DNA of 64,000 bases from Azolla caroliniana (GCA_043228905.1 JBHGNT010000132.1:6597-70596); one strand, 5' to 3'; shown: positions 1 to 13,500, counted from the stretch's first letter. Notes: a model not told the origin generated them from the sequence alone. Translations and numbers: made by a program.

Positions 1-3000
1 CATGTCTCTCGACTTGACTTTCAAAATCTTGATTTTTTAATTCCCCATCATAGCTAGCGTTGTTAGCTTCGATTCGCATGTTTGAAAACAAAAATACGAT
101 ATGACACGAGTCAGGTATGAATATTTTAATTTACTAAAGGGCTCCTCTCAACTCACTCCTCAAATTTGGTAATTTCGTCATGTCTGTCAACCTGAGTTTC
201 AAAATCTTGATTTTTTAATTCCATATCATAACTAGCATTGTTAGCTTCGATTCGCATGTTTGAACACAAAAATCCGATATGACACGAGCCAGGTATGAAC
301 ATTTTGATTTACTCAAGGGCTCCTCTCAACTCACTCCTCAAATTTGGTAATTTCGTCATGTCTCTCGACCTGAGTTTCAAAATCTTGATTTTCTAATTCC
401 ATATCATAGCTAGCGTTGTTAGCTTCGATTCGCATGTTTGAACACAAAACTCCGAAATGACACGAACCAGGTATGAACATTTTAATTTACTCAAGGGCTC
501 CTCTCAACTCACTCCTCAAATTTGGTAATTTCGTCATGTCTGTCGACTTGAGTTTCAAAATCTTGATTTTTTAATTCCATATCATAGCTAGCATTGTTAG
601 CTTCGATTCGCATGTTTGAACACAAAAATCCGATATCACACGAGCCAGGTATGAACTATTTAATTTACCTCCTAGCTCTTCTCAACTCACTCCTCAAATT
701 TGGAAATTTCGTCATGTCTCTCGACCTGAGTTTCAAAATCTTGATTTTTTAATTCCATATCATAGCTAGCGTTGTTAGCTTCGATTCGCATGTTTGAACA
801 CAAAACTCCGATATGACACGAGCCAGGTATGAACATTTCGATTTACTCAAGGGCTCCTCTCAACTCACTCCTCAAATTTGGTAATTTCGTCATGTCTGTC
901 GACCTGAGTTTCAAAATCTTGATTTTTTAATTCCATATAATAGCTAGCGTTGTTATCTTCGATTCGCATGTTTGAACACAAAACTCCGATATGACACGAG
1001 CCAGGTATGAACATTTTAATTTACTCAAGGGCTCCTCTCAACTCACTACTCAAATTTGGTAATTTCGTCATGTCTGTCGACCTGAGTTTCAAAATCTTGA
1101 TTTTTTAATTCCATATCATAGCTAGCGTTGTTAGCTTCGATTCGCATGTTTGAACACAAAACTCCGATATCACACGAGCCAGGTATGAACATTTTCATTT
1201 ACTCAAGGGCTCTTCTCAACTCACTCCTCAAATTTGGTAATTTCGTCATGTCTGTCGACCTGAGTTTCAAAATCTTGATTTTTTAATTCCATATCATAAC
1301 TAGCGTTGTTAGCTTCGATTCGCAAGTTTGAACACAAAAATCCGATATCACACGAGCTAGGTATGAACATTTTCGTTTACCCACTAGCTGCTCTCAACTC
1401 ACTCCTCAAATTTGGTAATTTCGTCATGTCTGTCGACCTGAGTTTCAAAATCTTGATTTTTTAATTCCATATCATAGCTAGCGTTGTTAGCTTCGATTCG
1501 CATATTTGAACACAAAAATCCGATATGACACGAGCTAGGTATGAATATTTTCGTTTACCCACTAGCTCGTCTTAACTCACTCCTCAAATTTGGTAATTTC
1601 ATCATGTCTCTCGACCTGAGTTTCAAAATCTTGATTTTTTAATTCCAAATCATAGCTAGCGTTGTTAGCTTCGATTCGCATGTTTGAACACAAAACTCTG
1701 ATATCACACGAGCCAGGTATGAACATTTTCATTTACTCAAGGGTTCTTCTCAACTCACTCCTCAAATTTGGAAATTTCGTCATGTCTCTCGACCTGCGTT
1801 TCAAAATCTTGATTTTTTAATTCCATATCATAGCTAGCATTGTTAGCTTCGATTCGCATGTTTGAACATAAAAATCCGATATGACACGAGCCAGGTATGA
1901 ACATTTTGATTTACTCAAGGGCTCCTCTCAACTCACTCCTCAAATTTGGTAATTTCGTCATGTATCTCGACCTGAGTTTCAAAATCTTGATTTTTTAATT
2001 CCATTTCAGAGCTAGCGTTCTTAGCTTCGATTCGCATGTTTGAACACAAAACTCCGATATCACACGAGCCAGGTATGAACATTTTCATTTACTCAAGGGT
2101 TCTTCTCAACTCACTCCTCAAATTTGGTAATTTCGTCATGTCTGTCGACCTGAGTTTCAAAATCTTGATTTTTTAATTCCATATCATAGCTAGCGTTGTT
2201 AGCTTCGATTCGCATGTTTGAACACAAAAATCCGATATCACACGAGCCAGGTATGAACTATTTAATTTACCTCCTAGCTCTTCTCAACTCACTCCTCAAA
2301 TTTGGAAATTTCGTCATGTCTCTCGACCTGAGTTTCAAAATCTTGATTTTTTAATTCCATATCATAACTAGCGTTGTTAGCTTCGATTCGCATGTTTGAA
2401 CACAAAAATCCGATATGACACGAGCCAGGTATGAACATTTTGATTTACTCAAGGGCTCCTCTCAACTCACCCCTCAAATTTGGTAAGTTCGTCATGTCTC
2501 TCGACCTGAGTTTAAAAATCTTGATTTTTTAATTCCATATCATAGGTAGTGTTGTTAGCTTCGATTTGCATGTTTGAACACAAAAATCCGATATGACACG
2601 AGCCAGGTATGAACATTTTGATTTACTCAAGGGCTCCTCTCAACTCACCCCTCAAATTTGGTAAGTTCGTCATGTCTCTCGACCTGAGTTTCATAATCTT
2701 GATTTTTTAATTCCATATCATAGCTAGCGTTGTTAGCTTCGATTCGCATGTTTGAACACAAAAATCCGATATGACACGAGCCAGGTATGAACATTTTAAT
2801 TTACCTCCTAGCTCTTCTTAACTCACTTCTCAAATTTGGTAATTTCGTCATGTCTCTCGACTTGAGTTTCAAAATCTTGATTTTTTAATTCCCCATCATA
2901 GCTAGCGCTGTTAGCTTCGATTCGCATGTTTGAAAACAAAAATACGATATGACACGAGTAAGGTATGAATATTTTAATTTACTCAAGGGCTCCTCTCAAC

Positions 3001-3660
3001 TCACTCCTCAAATTTGGTAATTTCGTCATGTCTGTCAACCTGAGTTTCAAAATCTTGATTTTTTAATTCCATATCATAACTAGCATTGTTAGCTTCGATT
3101 CGCATGTTTGAACACAAAAATCCGATATGACACGAACCAGGTATGAACATTTTAATTTACTCAAGGGCTCCTCTCAACTCACTCCTCAAATTTGGTAATT
3201 TCGTCATGTCTGTCGACTTGAGTTTCAAAATCTTGATTTTTTAATTCCATATCATAGCTAGCATTGTTAGCTTCGATTCGCATGTTTGAACACAAAAATC
3301 CGATATCACACGAGCCAGGTATGAACTATTTAATTTACCTCCTAGCTCTTCTCAACTCACTCCTCAAATTTGGAAATTTCGTCATGTCTCTCGACCTGAG
3401 TTTCAAAATCTTGATTTTTTAATTCCATATCATAGCTAGCGTTGTTAGCTTCGATTCGCATGTTTGAACACAAAACTCCGATATCACACGAGCCAGGTAT
3501 GAACATTTTCATTTACTCAAGGGCTCTTCTCAACTCACTCCTCAAATTTGGTAATTTCGTCATGTCTGTCGACCTGAGATTCAAAATCTTGATTTTTTAA
3601 TTCCATATCATAACTAGCGTTGTTAGCTTCGATTCGCATGTTTGAACACAAAAATCCGAT
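1..3660. repeat. ~20-21-monomer HOR block recurring at 1, 6409, 11215, 18335 and 25455
   Basis: The diagnostic variant GACTTGACTTTC opens monomers at these five positions (spacings 36, 27, 40 and 40 monomers). Each is followed by the same ordered variants: ACTAAAGG, CGAAATG, CCAAATC/CTGATAT, CCTGCG/AACATAAA, CATTTCAGAG, CACCCCTC twice, GAGTAAGG, GAGATTC. Confidence 0.9.
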
Positions 3661-4175
3661 ATGACACGAACCAGGTATGAACATTTTAATTTACTCAAGG
3701 GCTCCTCTCAACTCACTCCTCAAATTTGGTAATTTCGTCATGTCTGTCGACTTGAGTTTCAAAATCTTGATTTTTTAATTCCATATCATAGCTAGCATTG
3801 TTAGCTTCGATTCGCATGTTTGAACACAAAAATCCGATATCACACGAGCCAGGTATGAACTATTTAATTTACCTCCTAGCTCTTCTCAACTCACTCCTCA
3901 AATTTGGAAATTTCGTCATGTCTCTCGACCTGAGTTTCAAAATCTTGATTTTTTAATTCCATATCATAGCTAGCGTTGTTAGCTTCGATTCGCATGTTTG
4001 AACACAAAACTCCGATATCACACGAGCCAGGTATGAACATTTTCATTTACTCAAGGGCTCTTCTCAACTCACTCCTCAAATTTGGTAATTTCGTCATGTC
4101 TGTCGACCTGAGATTCAAAATCTTGATTTTTTAATTCCATATCATAACTAGCGTTGTTAGCTTCGATTCGCATGT
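3100..4175. repeat. local tandem duplication of 3 monomers (534 bp)
   Basis: The GACCTGAGATTC marker is at 3571 and 4105 (534 bp apart) with the same intervening variants. The other copies of this block have the marker once. Boundaries are approximate. Confidence 0.85.
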
Positions 4176-7100
4176 TTGAACACAAAAATCCGATATCACA
4201 CGAGCTAGGTATGAACATTTTCGTTTACCCACTAGCTCGTCTTAACTCACTCCTCAAATTTGGTAATTTCATCATGTCTCTCGACCTGAGTTTCTAAATC
4301 TTGATTTCTTAATTCCATATCATAGCTAGGGTTGTTAGCTTCGATTCGCATGTTTGAACACAAAAATCCGATATCACACGTGCCAGGTATGAACATTTTA
4401 ATTTACTGAAGGGCTCCTCTCAACTCACTCCTCAAATTTGGTAATTTCTTCATGTCTCTCGACCTGAGTTTCAAAATCTTGATTTTTTAATTCCATATCA
4501 TAGCTAGCATTGTTAGCTTCGATTCGCATGTTTGAACACAAAAATCCGATATCACACGAGCCAGGTATGAACTATTTAATTTACCTCCTAGCTCTTCTCA
4601 ACTCACTCCTCAAATTTGGAAATTTCGTCATGTCTCTCGACCTGAGTTTCAAAATCTTGATTTTTTAATTCCATATCATAGCTAGCGTTGTTAGCTTCGA
4701 TTCGCATGTTTGAACACAAAACTCCGATATGACACGAGCCAGGTATGAACATTTCGATTTACTCAAGGGCTCCTCTCAACTCACTCCTCAAATTTGGTAA
4801 TTTCGTCATGTCTGTCGACCTGAGTTTCAAAATCTTGATTTTTTAATTCCATATAATAGCTAGCGTTGTTATCTTCGATTCGCATGTTTGAACACAAAAC
4901 TCCGATATGACACGAGCCAGGTATGAACATTTTAATTTACTCAAGGGCTCCTCTCAACTCACTACTCAAATTTGGTAATTTCGTCATGTCTGTCGACCTG
5001 AGTTTCAAAATCTTGATTTTTTAATTCCATATCATAGCTAGCGTTGTTAGCTTCGATTCGCATGTTTGAACACAAAACTCCGATATCACACGAGCCAGGT
5101 ATGAACATTTTCATTTACTCAAGGGCTCTTCTCAACTCACTCCTCAAATTTGGTAATTTCGTCATGTCTGTCGACCTGAGTTTCAAAATCTTGATTTTTT
5201 AATTCCATATCATAACTAGCGTTGTTAGCTTCGATTCGCAAGTTTGAACACAAAAATCCGATATCACACGAGCTAGGTATGAACATTTTCGTTTACCCAC
5301 TAGCTGCTCTCAACTCACTCCTCAAATTTGGTAATTTCGTCATGTCTGTCGACCTGAGTTTCAAAATCTTGATTTTTTAATTCCATATCATAGCTAGCGT
5401 TGTTAGCTTCGATTCGCATATTTGAACACAAAAATCCGATATGACACGAGCTAGGTATGAATATTTTCGTTTACCCACTAGCTCGTCTTAACTCACTCCT
5501 CAAATTAAGTAATTTCGTCATGTCTCTCGACCTGAGTTTCAAAATCTTGATTTTTTAATTCCATATCATAGCTAGCGTTGTTAGCTTCGATTCGCATGTT
5601 TGAACACAAAAATCCGATATGACACGAGCCAGGTATGAACATTTTGATTTACTCAAGGGCTCCTCTCAACTCACTCCTCAAATTTGGTAATTGCTTCATG
5701 TCTGTCGACCTGAGTTTCAAAATCTTGATTTTTTAATTCCATATCATAGCTAGCGTTGTTAGCTTCGATTCGCATGTTTGAACACAAAAATCCGATATCA
5801 CACGAGCCAGGTATGAACATTTTCATTTACTCAAGGGCTCCTCTCCACTACTTCCTCAAGTTTGCTAATTTCGTCATGTCTCTCGACCTGAGTTTCAAAA
5901 TCTTGATTTTTTAATTCCATATCATAGGTAGTGTTGTTAGCTTCGATTTGCATGTTTGAACACAAAAATCCGATATGACACGAGCCAGGTATGAACATTT
6001 TAATTTACTCAAGGGCTCCTCTCAACTCACTCCTCAAATATGGTAATTTCGTCGTGTCTGTCGACCTGAGTTTTAAAATCTTGATTTTTAAATTCCATAT
6101 CATAGCTAGCGTTGTTATCTTCGATTCGCATGTTTGAACACAGAAATCGGATATCACACGAGCCAGGTATGAACATTTTAATTTACCTCCTAGCTCTTCT
6201 TAACTCACTCCTCAAATTTGGTAATTTCGTCATGTCTCTCGACTTGAGTTTCAAAATCTTGATTTTTTAATTCCCCATCATAGCTAGCGTTGTTAGCTTC
6301 GATTCGCATGTTTGAAAACAAAAATACGATATGACACGAGTCAGGTATGAATATTTTAATTTACCTCCTAGCTCTTCTTAACTCACTCCTCAAATTTGGT
6401 AATTTCGTCATGTCTCTCGACTTGACTTTCAAAATCTTGATTTTTTAATTCCCCATCATAGCTAGCGTTGTTAGCTTCGATTCGCATGTTTGAAAACAAA
6501 AATACGATATGACACGAGTCAGGTATGAATATTTTAATTTACTAAAGGGCTCCTCTCAACTCACTCCTCAAATTTGGTAATTTCGTCATGTCTGTCAACC
6601 TGAGTTTCAAAATCTTGATTTTTTAATTCCATATCATAACTAGCATTGTTAGCTTCGATTCGCATGTTTGAACACAAAAATCCGATATGACACGAGCCAG
6701 GTATGAACATTTTGATTTACTCAAGGGCTCCTCTCAACTCACTCCTCAAATTTGGTAATTTCGTCATGTCTCTCGACCTGAGTTTCAAAATCTTGATTTT
6801 CTAATTCCATATCATAGCTAGCGTTGTTAGCTTCGATTCGCATGTTTGAACACAAAACTCCGAAATGACACGAACCAGGTATGAACATTTTAATTTACTC
6901 AAGGGCTCCTCTCAACTCACTCCTCAAATTTGGTAATTTCGTCATGTCTGTCGACTTGAGTTTCAAAATCTTGATTTTTTAATTCCATATCATAGCTAGC
7001 ATTGTTAGCTTCGATTCGCATGTTTGAACACAAAAATCCGATATCACACGAGCCAGGTATGAACTATTTAATTTACCTCCTAGCTCTTCTCAACTCACTC

Positions 7101-10100
7101 CTCAAATTTGGAAATTTCGTCATGTCTCTCGACCTGAGTTTCAAAATCTTGATTTTTTAATTCCATATCATAGCTAGCGTTGTTAGCTTCGATTCGCATG
7201 TTTGAACACAAAACTCCGATATGACACGAGCCAGGTATGAACATTTCGATTTACTCAAGGGCTCCTCTCAACTCACTCCTCAAATTTGGTAATTTCGTCA
7301 TGTCTGTCGACCTGAGTTTCAAAATCTTGATTTTTTAATTCCATATAATAGCTAGCGTTGTTATCTTCGATTCGCATGTTTGAACACAAAACTCCGATAT
7401 GACACGAGCCAGGTATGAACATTTTAATTTACTCAAGGGCTCCTCTCAACTCACTACTCAAATTTGGTAATTTCGTCATGTCTGTCGACCTGAGTTTCAA
7501 AATCTTGATTTTTTAATTCCATATCATAGCTAGCGTTGTTAGCTTCGATTCGCATGTTTGAACACAAAACTCCGATATCACACGAGCCAGGTATGAACAT
7601 TTTCATTTACTCAAGGGCTCTTCTCAACTCACTCCTCAAATTTGGTAATTTCGTCATGTCTGTCGACCTGAGTTTCAAAATCTTGATTTTTTAATTCCAT
7701 ATCATAACTAGCGTTGTTAGCTTCGATTCGCAAGTTTGAACACAAAAATCCGATATCACACGAGCTAGGTATGAACATTTTCGTTTACCCACTAGCTGCT
7801 CTCAACTCACTCCTCAAATTTGGTAATTTCGTCATGTCTGTCGACCTGAGTTTCAAAATCTTGATTTTTTAATTCCATATCATAGCTAGCGTTGTTAGCT
7901 TCGATTCGCATATTTGAACACAAAAATCCGATATGACACGAGCTAGGTATGAATATTTTCGTTTACCCACTAGCTCGTCTTAACTCACTCCTCAAATTTG
8001 GTAATTTCATCATGTCTCTCGACCTGAGTTTCAAAATCTTGATTTTTTAATTCCAAATCATAGCTAGCGTTGTTAGCTTCGATTCGCATGTTTGAACACA
8101 AAACTCTGATATCACACGAGCCAGGTATGAACATTTTCATTTACTCAAGGGTTCTTCTCAACTCACTCCTCAAATTTGGAAATTTCGTCATGTCTCTCGA
8201 CCTGCGTTTCAAAATCTTGATTTTTTAATTCCATATCATAGCTAGCATTGTTAGCTTCGATTCGCATGTTTGAACATAAAAATCCGATATGACACGAGCC
8301 AGGTATGAACATTTTGATTTACTCAAGGGCTCCTCTCAACTCACTCCTCAAATTTGGTAATTTCGTCATGTATCTCGACCTGAGTTTCAAAATCTTGATT
8401 TTTTAATTCCATTTCAGAGCTAGCGTTCTTAGCTTCGATTCGCATGTTTGAACACAAAACTCCGATATCACACGAGCCAGGTATGAACATTTTCATTTAC
8501 TCAAGGGTTCTTCTCAACTCACTCCTCAAATTTGGTAATTTCGTCATGTCTGTCGACCTGAGTTTCAAAATCTTGATTTTTTAATTCCATATCATAGCTA
8601 GCGTTGTTAGCTTCGATTCGCATGTTTGAACACAAAAATCCGATATCACACGAGCCAGGTATGAACTATTTAATTTACCTCCTAGCTCTTCTCAACTCAC
8701 TCCTCAAATTTGGAAATTTCGTCATGTCTCTCGACCTGAGTTTCAAAATCTTGATTTTTTAATTCCATATCATAACTAGCGTTGTTAGCTTCGATTCGCA
8801 TGTTTGAACACAAAAATCCGATATGACACGAGCCAGGTATGAACATTTTGATTTACTCAAGGGCTCCTCTCAACTCACCCCTCAAATTTGGTAAGTTCGT
8901 CATGTCTCTCGACCTGAGTTTAAAAATCTTGATTTTTTAATTCCATATCATAGGTAGTGTTGTTAGCTTCGATTTGCATGTTTGAACACAAAAATCCGAT
9001 ATGACACGAGCCAGGTATGAACATTTTGATTTACTCAAGGGCTCCTCTCAACTCACCCCTCAAATTTGGTAAGTTCGTCATGTCTCTCGACCTGAGTTTC
9101 ATAATCTTGATTTTTTAATTCCATATCATAGCTAGCGTTGTTAGCTTCGATTCGCATGTTTGAACACAAAAATCCGATATGACACGAGCCAGGTATGAAC
9201 ATTTTAATTTACCTCCTAGCTCTTCTTAACTCACTTCTCAAATTTGGTAATTTCGTCATGTCTCTCGACTTGAGTTTCAAAATCTTGATTTTTTAATTCC
9301 CCATCATAGCTAGCGCTGTTAGCTTCGATTCGCATGTTTGAAAACAAAAATACGATATGACACGAGTAAGGTATGAATATTTTAATTTACTCAAGGGCTC
9401 CTCTCAACTCACTCCTCAAATTTGGTAATTTCGTCATGTCTGTCAACCTGAGTTTCAAAATCTTGATTTTTTAATTCCATATCATAACTAGCATTGTTAG
9501 CTTCGATTCGCATGTTTGAACACAAAAATCCGATATGACACGAACCAGGTATGAACATTTTAATTTACTCAAGGGCTCCTCTCAACTCACTCCTCAAATT
9601 TGGTAATTTCGTCATGTCTGTCGACTTGAGTTTCAAAATCTTGATTTTTTAATTCCATATCATAGCTAGCATTGTTAGCTTCGATTCGCATGTTTGAACA
9701 CAAAAATCCGATATCACACGAGCCAGGTATGAACTATTTAATTTACCTCCTAGCTCTTCTCAACTCACTCCTCAAATTTGGAAATTTCGTCATGTCTCTC
9801 GACCTGAGTTTCAAAATCTTGATTTTTTAATTCCATATCATAGCTAGCGTTGTTAGCTTCGATTCGCATGTTTGAACACAAAACTCCGATATCACACGAG
9901 CCAGGTATGAACATTTTCATTTACTCAAGGGCTCTTCTCAACTCACTCCTCAAATTTGGTAATTTCGTCATGTCTGTCGACCTGAGATTCAAAATCTTGA
10001 TTTTTTAATTCCATATCATAACTAGCGTTGTTAGCTTCGATTCGCATGTTTGAACACAAAAATCCGATATCACACGAGCCAGGTATGAACATTTTCATTT

Positions 10101-10561
10101 ACTCAAGGGCTCTTCTCAACTCACTCCTCAAATTTGGTAATTTCGTCATGTCTGTCGACCTGAGTTTCAAAATCTTGATTTTTTAATTCCATATCATAAC
10201 TAGCGTTGTTAGCTTCGATTCGCAAGTTTGAACACAAAAATCCGTTATCACACGAGCTAGGTATGAACATTTTCGTTTACCCACTAGCTGCTCTCAACTC
10301 ACTCCTCAAATTTGGTAATTTCGTCATGTCTGTCGACCTGAGTTTCAAAATCTTGATTTTTTAATTCCATATCATAGCTAGCGTTGTTAGCTTCGATTCG
10401 CATATTTGAACACAAAAATCCGATATCACACGAGCCAGGTATGAACTATTTAATTTACCTCCTAGCTCTTCTCAACTCACTCCTCAAATTTGGAAATTTC
10501 GTCATGTCTCTCGACCTGAGTTTCAAAATCTTGATTTTTTAATTCCATATCATAGCTAGCG

Positions 10562-13500
10562 TTGTTAGCTTCGATTCGCATGTTTGAACACAAAAATCCG
10601 ATATCACACGAGCCAGGTATGAACATTTTCATTTACTCAAGGGCTCCTCTCCACTACTTCCTCAAGTTTGCTAATTTCGTCATGTCTCTCGACCTGAGTT
10701 TCAAAATCTTGATTTTTTAATTCCATATCATAGGTAGTGTTGTTAGCTTCGATTTGCATGTTTGAACACAAAAATCCGATATGACACGAGCCAGGTATGA
10801 ACATTTTAATTTACTCAAGGGCTCCTCTCAACTCACTCCTCAAATATGGTAATTTCGTCGTGTCTGTCGACCTGAGTTTTAAAATCTTGATTTTTAAATT
10901 CCATATCATAGCTAGCGTTGTTATCTTCGATTCGCATGTTTGAACACAGAAATCGGATATCACACGAGCCAGGTATGAACATTTTAATTTACCTCCTAGC
11001 TCTTCTTAACTCACTCCTCAAATTTGGTAATTTCGTCATGTCTCTCGACTTGAGTTTCAAAATCTTGATTTTTTAATTCCCCATCATAGCTAGCGTTGTT
11101 AGCTTCGATTCGCATGTTTGAAAACAAAAATACGATATGACACGAGTCAGGTATGAATATTTTAATTTACCTCCTAGCTCTTCTTAACTCACTCCTCAAA
11201 TTTGGTAATTTCGTCATGTCTCTCGACTTGACTTTCAAAATCTTGATTTTTTAATTCCCCATCATAGCTAGCGTTGTTAGCTTCGATTCGCATGTTTGAA
11301 AACAAAAATACGATATGACACGAGTCAGGTATGAATATTTTAATTTACTAAAGGGCTCCTCTCAACTCACTCCTCAAATTTGGTAATTTCGTCATGTCTG
11401 TCAACCTGAGTTTCAAAATCTTGATTTTTTAATTCCATATCATAACTAGCATTGTTAGCTTCGATTCGCATGTTTGAACACAAAAATCCGATATGACACG
11501 AGCCAGGTATGAACATTTTGATTTACTCAAGGGCTCCTCTCAACTCACTCCTCAAATTTGGTAATTTCGTCATGTCTCTCGACCTGAGTTTCAAAATCTT
11601 GATTTTCTAATTCCATATCATAGCTAGCGTTGTTAGCTTCGATTCGCATGTTTGAACACAAAACTCCGAAATGACACGAACCAGGTATGAACATTTTAAT
11701 TTACTCAAGGGCTCCTCTCAACTCACTCCTCAAATTTGGTAATTTCGTCATGTCTGTCGACTTGAGTTTCAAAATCTTGATTTTTTAATTCCATATCATA
11801 GCTAGCATTGTTAGCTTCGATTCGCATGTTTGAACACAAAAATCCGATATCACACGAGCCAGGTATGAACTATTTAATTTACCTCCTAGCTCTTCTCAAC
11901 TCACTCCTCAAATTTGGAAATTTCGTCATGTCTCTCGACCTGAGTTTCAAAATCTTGATTTTTTAATTCCATATCATAGCTAGCGTTGTTAGCTTCGATT
12001 CGCATGTTTGAACACAAAACTCCGATATGACACGAGCCAGGTATGAACATTTCGATTTACTCAAGGGCTCCTCTCAACTCACTCCTCAAATTTGGTAATT
12101 TCGTCATGTCTGTCGACCTGAGTTTCAAAATCTTGATTTTTTAATTCCATATAATAGCTAGCGTTGTTATCTTCGATTCGCATGTTTGAACACAAAACTC
12201 CGATATGACACGAGCCAGGTATGAACATTTTAATTTACTCAAGGGCTCCTCTCAACTCACTACTCAAATTTGGTAATTTCGTCATGTCTGTCGACCTGAG
12301 TTTCAAAATCTTGATTTTTTAATTCCATATCATAGCTAGCGTTGTTAGCTTCGATTCGCATGTTTGAACACAAAACTCCGATATCACACGAGCCAGGTAT
12401 GAACATTTTCATTTACTCAAGGGCTCTTCTCAACTCACTCCTCAAATTTGGTAATTTCGTCATGTCTGTCGACCTGAGTTTCAAAATCTTGATTTTTTAA
12501 TTCCATATCATAACTAGCGTTGTTAGCTTCGATTCGCAAGTTTGAACACAAAAATCCGATATCACACGAGCTAGGTATGAACATTTTCGTTTACCCACTA
12601 GCTGCTCTCAACTCACTCCTCAAATTTGGTAATTTCGTCATGTCTGTCGACCTGAGTTTCAAAATCTTGATTTTTTAATTCCATATCATAGCTAGCGTTG
12701 TTAGCTTCGATTCGCATATTTGAACACAAAAATCCGATATGACACGAGCTAGGTATGAATATTTTCGTTTACCCACTAGCTCGTCTTAACTCACTCCTCA
12801 AATTTGGTAATTTCATCATGTCTCTCGACCTGAGTTTCAAAATCTTGATTTTTTAATTCCAAATCATAGCTAGCGTTGTTAGCTTCGATTCGCATGTTTG
12901 AACACAAAACTCTGATATCACACGAGCCAGGTATGAACATTTTCATTTACTCAAGGGCTCTTCTCAACTCACTCCTCAAATTTGGAAATTTCGTCATGTC
13001 TCTCGACCTGCGTTTCAAAATCTTGATTTTTTAATTCCATATCATAGCTAGCATTGTTAGCTTCGATTCGCATGTTTGAACATAAAAATCCGATATGACA
13101 CGAGCCAGGTATGAACATTTTGATTTACTCAAGGGCTCCTCTCAACTCACTCCTCAAATTTGGTAATTTCGTCATGTATCTCGACCTGAGTTTCAAAATC
13201 TTGATTTTTTAATTCCATTTCAGAGCTAGCGTTCTTAGCTTCGATTCGCATGTTTGAACACAAAACTCCGATATCGGACGAGCCAGGTATGAACATTTTC
13301 ATTTACTCAAGGGTTCTTCTCAACTCACTCCTCAAATTTGGTAATTTCGTCATGTCTGTCGACCTGAGTTTCAAAATCTTGATTTTTTAATTCCATATCA
13401 TAGCTAGCGTTGTTAGCTTCGATTCGCATGTTTGAACACAAAAATCCGATATCACACGAGCCAGGTATGAACTATTTAATTTACCTCCTAGCTCTTCTCA

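Noticed and set aside
1-100. Origin of the monomer from two ~89-bp subrepeats (CATGT...AAAATC..GAT twice)
   Set aside because: The shared words are short and their offsets are inconsistent (76 versus 68 bp), so this cannot be supported by eye.
1-178. Identity with Arabidopsis thaliana CEN178 or primate alpha satellite / CENP-B box
   Set aside because: Only the length is similar. I recognise no sequence similarity, and I do not see the CENP-B box core (TTCG-N4-A-N2-CGGG) because the consensus has no CGGG or CCCG.
1-178. 5S rDNA, tRNA or snRNA tandem gene unit
   Set aside because: I see no recognisable 5S or tRNA sequence, Pol III boxes or cloverleaf, and no conserved-gene versus variable-spacer partition.
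4321-4335. Telomere-like TAGGGTT
   Set aside because: It arises from a single C>G substitution in TAGCGTT and is not tandemly repeated.
5501-5700. Private changes CAAATTAAGT and TTGCTTCATG
   Set aside because: These are isolated single-copy substitutions, indistinguishable from recent mutation or consensus error.
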